Shown here: piece by piece, positions 29,805 to 33,399 of the stretch
How positions within the stretch are numbered: position 1 is the stretch's first letter
Layout of the letters: every line of letters begins with the position of its first letter
Source of the DNA: Gaiellales bacterium
Lineage (GTDB): Bacteria; Actinomycetota; Thermoleophilia; Gaiellales; F1-60-MAGs149
Length of the DNA stretch: 33,399 nt
Reading direction: 5' to 3'
NCBI GenBank assembly: GCA_049433345.1
Contig: JBMTER010000003.1
Span: 1 to 33,399, forward strand
Notes under the pieces: model-generated
Databases searched by the model: none
The model's input: the letters and a program-made list of their open reading frames with translations, nothing else
Told to the model about the DNA's origin: nothing
Translations under genes and position numbers: made by a program

Positions 29805-30737
29805 GTGCCCGACGTGATCGCCATCTTCGGCCCGACTGCGGCCGGCAAGACCGCCGTCGCCATCCGGCTCGCCCGGCTGATCGCGCCCGCCGAGGTCGTG
29901 TCCGCCGACTCGATGCAGGTCTACCGCGGCCTTGAGGCGATCACGAACCAGCCGACGGCAGCCGAGCGGGAGGGGATCCCGCACCACCTCATCGGCTGTG
30001 TCGATCCCGACCAGCCCTACGACGTCGTCCGCTACGCCGAGGCGGCCCATGCCGCGATCGACGACATCCTCGCGCGCGGCGCGGTGCCGATCGTCGTCGG
30101 CGGTTCGGGCCTGTACCTGCGGGCCGCGATCGCCGACATCAGCTTCCCTCCGCCGGGGGAGGATGAGCGGCGACGACGGCTGCGCGACAAGATCGCCGCA
30201 GAGGGCCCGGCCACCATGCACGCGCGCCTCGCCGCCATCGATCCGGCCGCCGCCGCCCGCGTCGATCCCGCCGATGCCCGACGGATCGTCCGAGCACTCG
30301 AGTTGGCCGAGGCCGGCGCATCGCTCGCCCCGTCCACGGAGGATGCGCTCTGGAGCGGTTCGACACGTCATGCGACGCGCCTATTCGGACTCGTCGTCGA
30401 GCGTGCCGTGCTGCGCCGACGGATCGATGCCCGCACGCCCGAGCTGCTCGAATCGGGCGCTGCCGAGGTCGAGCGGCTGCTCGCCGCACCCGGGGGGCTT
30501 TCGGAGACGGCACGACGCGCTCACGGCGTCGACGACATCCGGGACCTCGTGGAGGGACGGATCGACCGGGCCGAGTGCGAACGCCGCCTGGCGACGCGCA
30601 CCCGGCAGTACGCCAAGCGGCAGGACACGTGGCGACGGCGATTGCCCGGCCTCGAGGAGATTCGGGCCGACGGCACCGCCGACGCGGTCGCCGAGGAGAT
30701 CGTCGCCAGACTCGCCGGCGAGCCCCGATACGATTAG
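29805..30737 (+). CDS. miaA: tRNA dimethylallyltransferase MiaA
   Basis: GPTAAGKT, SADSMQVYRG, IPHHLI, VGGSGLY, RRIVRALE, TRQYAKRQ.TW. Confidence 0.96.
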   Translation: MPDVIAIFGPTAAGKTAVAIRLARLIAPAEVVSADSMQVYRGLEAITNQPTAAEREGIPHHLIGCVDPDQPYDVVRYAEAAHAAIDDILARGAVPIVVGGSGLYLRAAIADISFPPPGEDERRRRLRDKIAAEGPATMHARLAAIDPAAAARVDPADARRIVRALELAEAGASLAPSTEDALWSGSTRHATRLFGLVVERAVLRRRIDARTPELLESGAAEVERLLAAPGGLSETARRAHGVDDIRDLVEGRIDRAECERRLATRTRQYAKRQDTWRRRLPGLEEIRADGTADAVAEEIVARLAGEPRYD

Positions 30738-30740
30738 GCA

Positions 30741-31544
30741 ATGGAGATGATCGAGACCATCGAGGCCGCCTTCCGCGGTGATATCGAGGCGGCTGACGCA
30801 CGCGCCGCCGTCGAAGAGGCGATCGCGCGACTCGACCGCGGCGCGGCCAGCCTCGCCGAACCGGACGGCGCGGGCGGGTTCGCGGTCAACGGCTGGGTGC
30901 AGCAGGCCATCCTGCTGTTCTTCCGGCTGCAGCAGATGGAGGTCATCGAACACGGCCCCTTCACGTACCACGACAAGGTCCCCCTGAAGACGCAGGTCGA
31001 CGGAGTGCGCATCGTGCCGCCCGCGACGGTGCGCTACGGCGCCTTCGTCGAACCCGGCGCCGTCCTGATGCCGTCCTACGTCAACATCGGGTCGCGCGTC
31101 GGCGCCGGCACGATGGTCGATACGTGGGCGACGGTCGGATCGGGCGCGTGGATCGGCCGCGACGTCCACCTGTCGGGCGGCGTCGGGATCGGCGGCGTGC
31201 TCGAGCCCCCCGGCGCACGCCCGGTCATCATCGAGGACGGCGCCTTCATCGGATCCCGCGCGATCGTGGTCGAGGGTGTGCACGTGGGCGCGGAGGCGGT
31301 GCTCGGCGCCGGGGTGGTCCTGACCGCGTCGACGCGGATCATCGACGTCAGCGGCGCGCAGCCCATCGAGACGACCGGCCACGTGCCCGCCCGTAAGGTC
31401 GTCATTCCCGGCACCCGTCCACGCTCGTTCCCCGCGGGGGACTTCGACGTGCCGTGCGCTCTGATCATCGGCGAGCGCACGGCCTCGACCGATCGCAAGA
31501 CCTCGCTCAACTCGGCGCTGCGCGAACTCGACGTCGATGTCTAG
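30741..31544 (+). CDS. dapD: Tetrahydrodipicolinate N-succinyltransferase DapD
   Basis: DKVPLK, RIVPPA.VR.GAF, LMPSYVNIG, GTMVDTWATVGS, HLSGGVGIGGVLEP, hexapeptide repeats, KTSLN..LR C-terminus. Confidence 0.95.
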   Translation: MEMIETIEAAFRGDIEAADARAAVEEAIARLDRGAASLAEPDGAGGFAVNGWVQQAILLFFRLQQMEVIEHGPFTYHDKVPLKTQVDGVRIVPPATVRYGAFVEPGAVLMPSYVNIGSRVGAGTMVDTWATVGSGAWIGRDVHLSGGVGIGGVLEPPGARPVIIEDGAFIGSRAIVVEGVHVGAEAVLGAGVVLTASTRIIDVSGAQPIETTGHVPARKVVIPGTRPRSFPAGDFDVPCALIIGERTASTDRKTSLNSALRELDVDV

Positions 31545-32604
31545 GCCGCACCTCGGGGGCAACGTCGCGGACATCTGCCACGACCTCGTCGCGACCGCGT
31601 CCGTGTACGGCGACGAGCGGACACTGGCGGACATGATCGAGCGACGCATCGCGGAGCTCGGCGTGGAGCACGAGCGGATCGGTGATTCGATCGTGGCCCG
31701 CACGGGGACCGATGGCACGCCGATCGCGCTCGTCGGCCACTTCGACACGGTCCCGAACTGGCCCGACGGTGGCGTGGAGCGCACCGACGAACGCATCATC
31801 GGCCGTGGCGCGGCCGACATGAAGGGTGGCGTCGCCGTCATGCTCGCCCTCCTGCAGCGCCTCGCCCTGGAGCCGCGGGACGCGGTCATGATCTTCTACG
31901 ACCACGAGGAGGGGCCGCACGCCGACAACGGGATCCACCGCGTGCTCGCGGAATCGCGCCTGCTCGAATCGCGGCCGTCGATGGCGGTGGTGCTGGAGCC
32001 CTCCGGCGGATCGATCCACGCGGGTGCGGTCGGGTCGATCAACGCCCAGATCCGCTTTCGTGGGCGGGCGGCGCACGCGGCGCGGCCGTGGGAGGGGGAG
32101 AACGCGATCTCGGCGGAACTCGCAGACGCGCTCGGGCGCTTCGCGCGGCGCGCACCCGTCGCGATCGACGTCGACGGCCTGACCTACCATGACACGGTGA
32201 CCGTCACCATGATCAACGGCGGTGTCGCCCACAACGTCGTGCCCGATTGCGTCGAGCTGTGGATCAATGCGCGCATCGCCCCCGGCGGATCCGTCGATGC
32301 CGCGCAGGCCGAGGTCGAGCAGCTCGCGGGTCCGTCCGCCGAGGTCGCGTGGAGCGATGTCGCACCGCCCGCGATGCCGAGCCTCGACGTGCCCGTCGTG
32401 CGGGAGTTCATCGCGCGAGCCGGGCTCGAGGTGCTGCCGAAGCAGGCCTGGACCGACGTGGCGACGATGCACGAGTGGGGCGTGCCGGCCTTCAACTACG
32501 GACCCGGTGATTCTGCGCAGGCGCATCAGCCCGGCGAGTGGGTCGCCATCGATCGGCTCGAGGAGTGCGAGCGGGTGCTGGCCCGGGAGCTCGGCCTGTC
32601 GTGA
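31537..32604 (+). CDS. dapE: Succinyl-diaminopimelate desuccinylase DapE (M20 family)
   Basis: GHFDTVP, GRGAADMKGG, YDHEEG, AHAARPWEGENAI, WTDVA, NYGPGD...AH...E; between dapD and dapF. Confidence 0.9.
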   Translation: MSRPHLGGNVADICHDLVATASVYGDERTLADMIERRIAELGVEHERIGDSIVARTGTDGTPIALVGHFDTVPNWPDGGVERTDERIIGRGAADMKGGVAVMLALLQRLALEPRDAVMIFYDHEEGPHADNGIHRVLAESRLLESRPSMAVVLEPSGGSIHAGAVGSINAQIRFRGRAAHAARPWEGENAISAELADALGRFARRAPVAIDVDGLTYHDTVTVTMINGGVAHNVVPDCVELWINARIAPGGSVDAAQAEVEQLAGPSAEVAWSDVAPPAMPSLDVPVVREFIARAGLEVLPKQAWTDVATMHEWGVPAFNYGPGDSAQAHQPGEWVAIDRLEECERVLARELGLS

Positions 32605-33399
32605 GCATCCCGATCGAGCGCTGGGAGGCCTGTGGCAACACGTACCTGCTCGTCGAGCGCGAGCGGGTCGGACGCCCCCTGGTCGCGGCTGCCGCGATCG
32701 CGCTCTGCGATCGCGTCAGCGGCCTCGGCGCGGACGGCGTTCTCGAGCTGCTGCCGGGCGCCGGCCCGGTGCGGCTCTCCATGGTGATCTGGAATCCGGA
32801 TGGGTCGACGACCGAGGCGTGCGGCAACGGGACCCGGATGGCCGCGCGTTGGGCGTCCGAGCGCAGCGGTGAGGAGCGGATCGTGGTCGGGACGGAGGCC
32901 GGCCCGCTGCACTGCACGGTGACCGGCGAGCAGGTGCATGCGGTGATGGCGGAGGCAGGACTGACCGGGCACCAATACCGACCGACTGACGAGCCCTTCC
33001 CGTATCCACATCGCTTCGTCACGATCGGCAATCCGCACGTCGTGATCCCGGTCGATGACGTCGACGGCTTCCCCCTCGCGACCGAGGGTCCCGAGCTCGA
33101 GCGCCACCCGTGGTTTCCGGAGCGCACGAACGTGGAGGTGATGGCCCCGATCGACGAGCACCGCATCCGCATGCGCGTGTGGGAGCGCGGCGTTGGGGAG
33201 ACGCCGGCCTGCGGCACCGGTGCGTGCGCGGCCGCCGTCGCGGCGATCGCCGATGGCATGGCCGTCTCCCCGGTCACCGTCGAGGTGCCTGGCGGAGAAC
33301 TCGTCGTCGACGTCGGACACGACGGCGCGGTGACGCTGAGCGGCCCGGCGCGGCGGGTGGAGGAGATCCTGCTCGACGCGGACCTGCGCGCGGCCGGCG
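32601..33399 (+). CDS. dapF: Diaminopimelate epimerase DapF (3' end beyond the window)
   Basis: Absent from the ORF track (no stop in window). Manual translation from GTG 32601 gives ACGNTY, GLGADGV, NPDGS..EACGNGTR, GNPHVV, RTNVE, VWERGVGETPACGTGACA, with both catalytic Cys motifs. Confidence 0.95.
   Translation, partial: MSIPIERWEACGNTYLLVERERVGRPLVAAAAIALCDRVSGLGADGVLELLPGAGPVRLSMVIWNPDGSTTEACGNGTRMAARWASERSGEERIVVGTEAGPLHCTVTGEQVHAVMAEAGLTGHQYRPTDEPFPYPHRFVTIGNPHVVIPVDDVDGFPLATEGPELERHPWFPERTNVEVMAPIDEHRIRMRVWERGVGETPACGTGACAAAVAAIADGMAVSPVTVEVPGGELVVDVGHDGAVTLSGPARRVEEILLDADLRAAG

Overview
Very GC-rich, gene-dense bacterial chromosomal segment, mostly housekeeping. An actinobacterial origin, probably a deep-branching lineage such as Thermoleophilia, is an inference from the recA-recX-rny-miaB order, the high GC and the leaderless-type promoters. 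Gene order: murJ, YihY-family gene, lepA, corA(-), trkA-trkH-trkH, ArsB/NhaD-type transporter, tRNA-Arg(TCT)(-), MFS transporter, Xis-like HTH/B12-binding (CarH/LitR-like) regulator, ppk1(-), pstSCAB-phoU, tRNA-His(GTG)(-), OmpR-type regulator / PhoR-like kinase(-) / second OmpR-type regulator, RodZ-like gene, cinA, recA, recX, rny, miaB, miaA, dapD, dapE and a truncated dapF. No integrase, transposase, CRISPR array or rRNA is visible. The best leads are small: a riboswitch-like RNA at the predicted 5' end of the NhaD-like transcript, a B12-photoreceptor-like regulator outside any carotenoid context, 11-bp periodic PHO-box-like repeats between ppk1 and pstS, twin response regulators around a kinase whose membrane anchor is frameshifted, a C12 tract at the start of one of two trkH paralogues, and a strict -10/6-nt/start-codon leaderless pattern. 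All calls come from reading motifs by eye; no searches were run.
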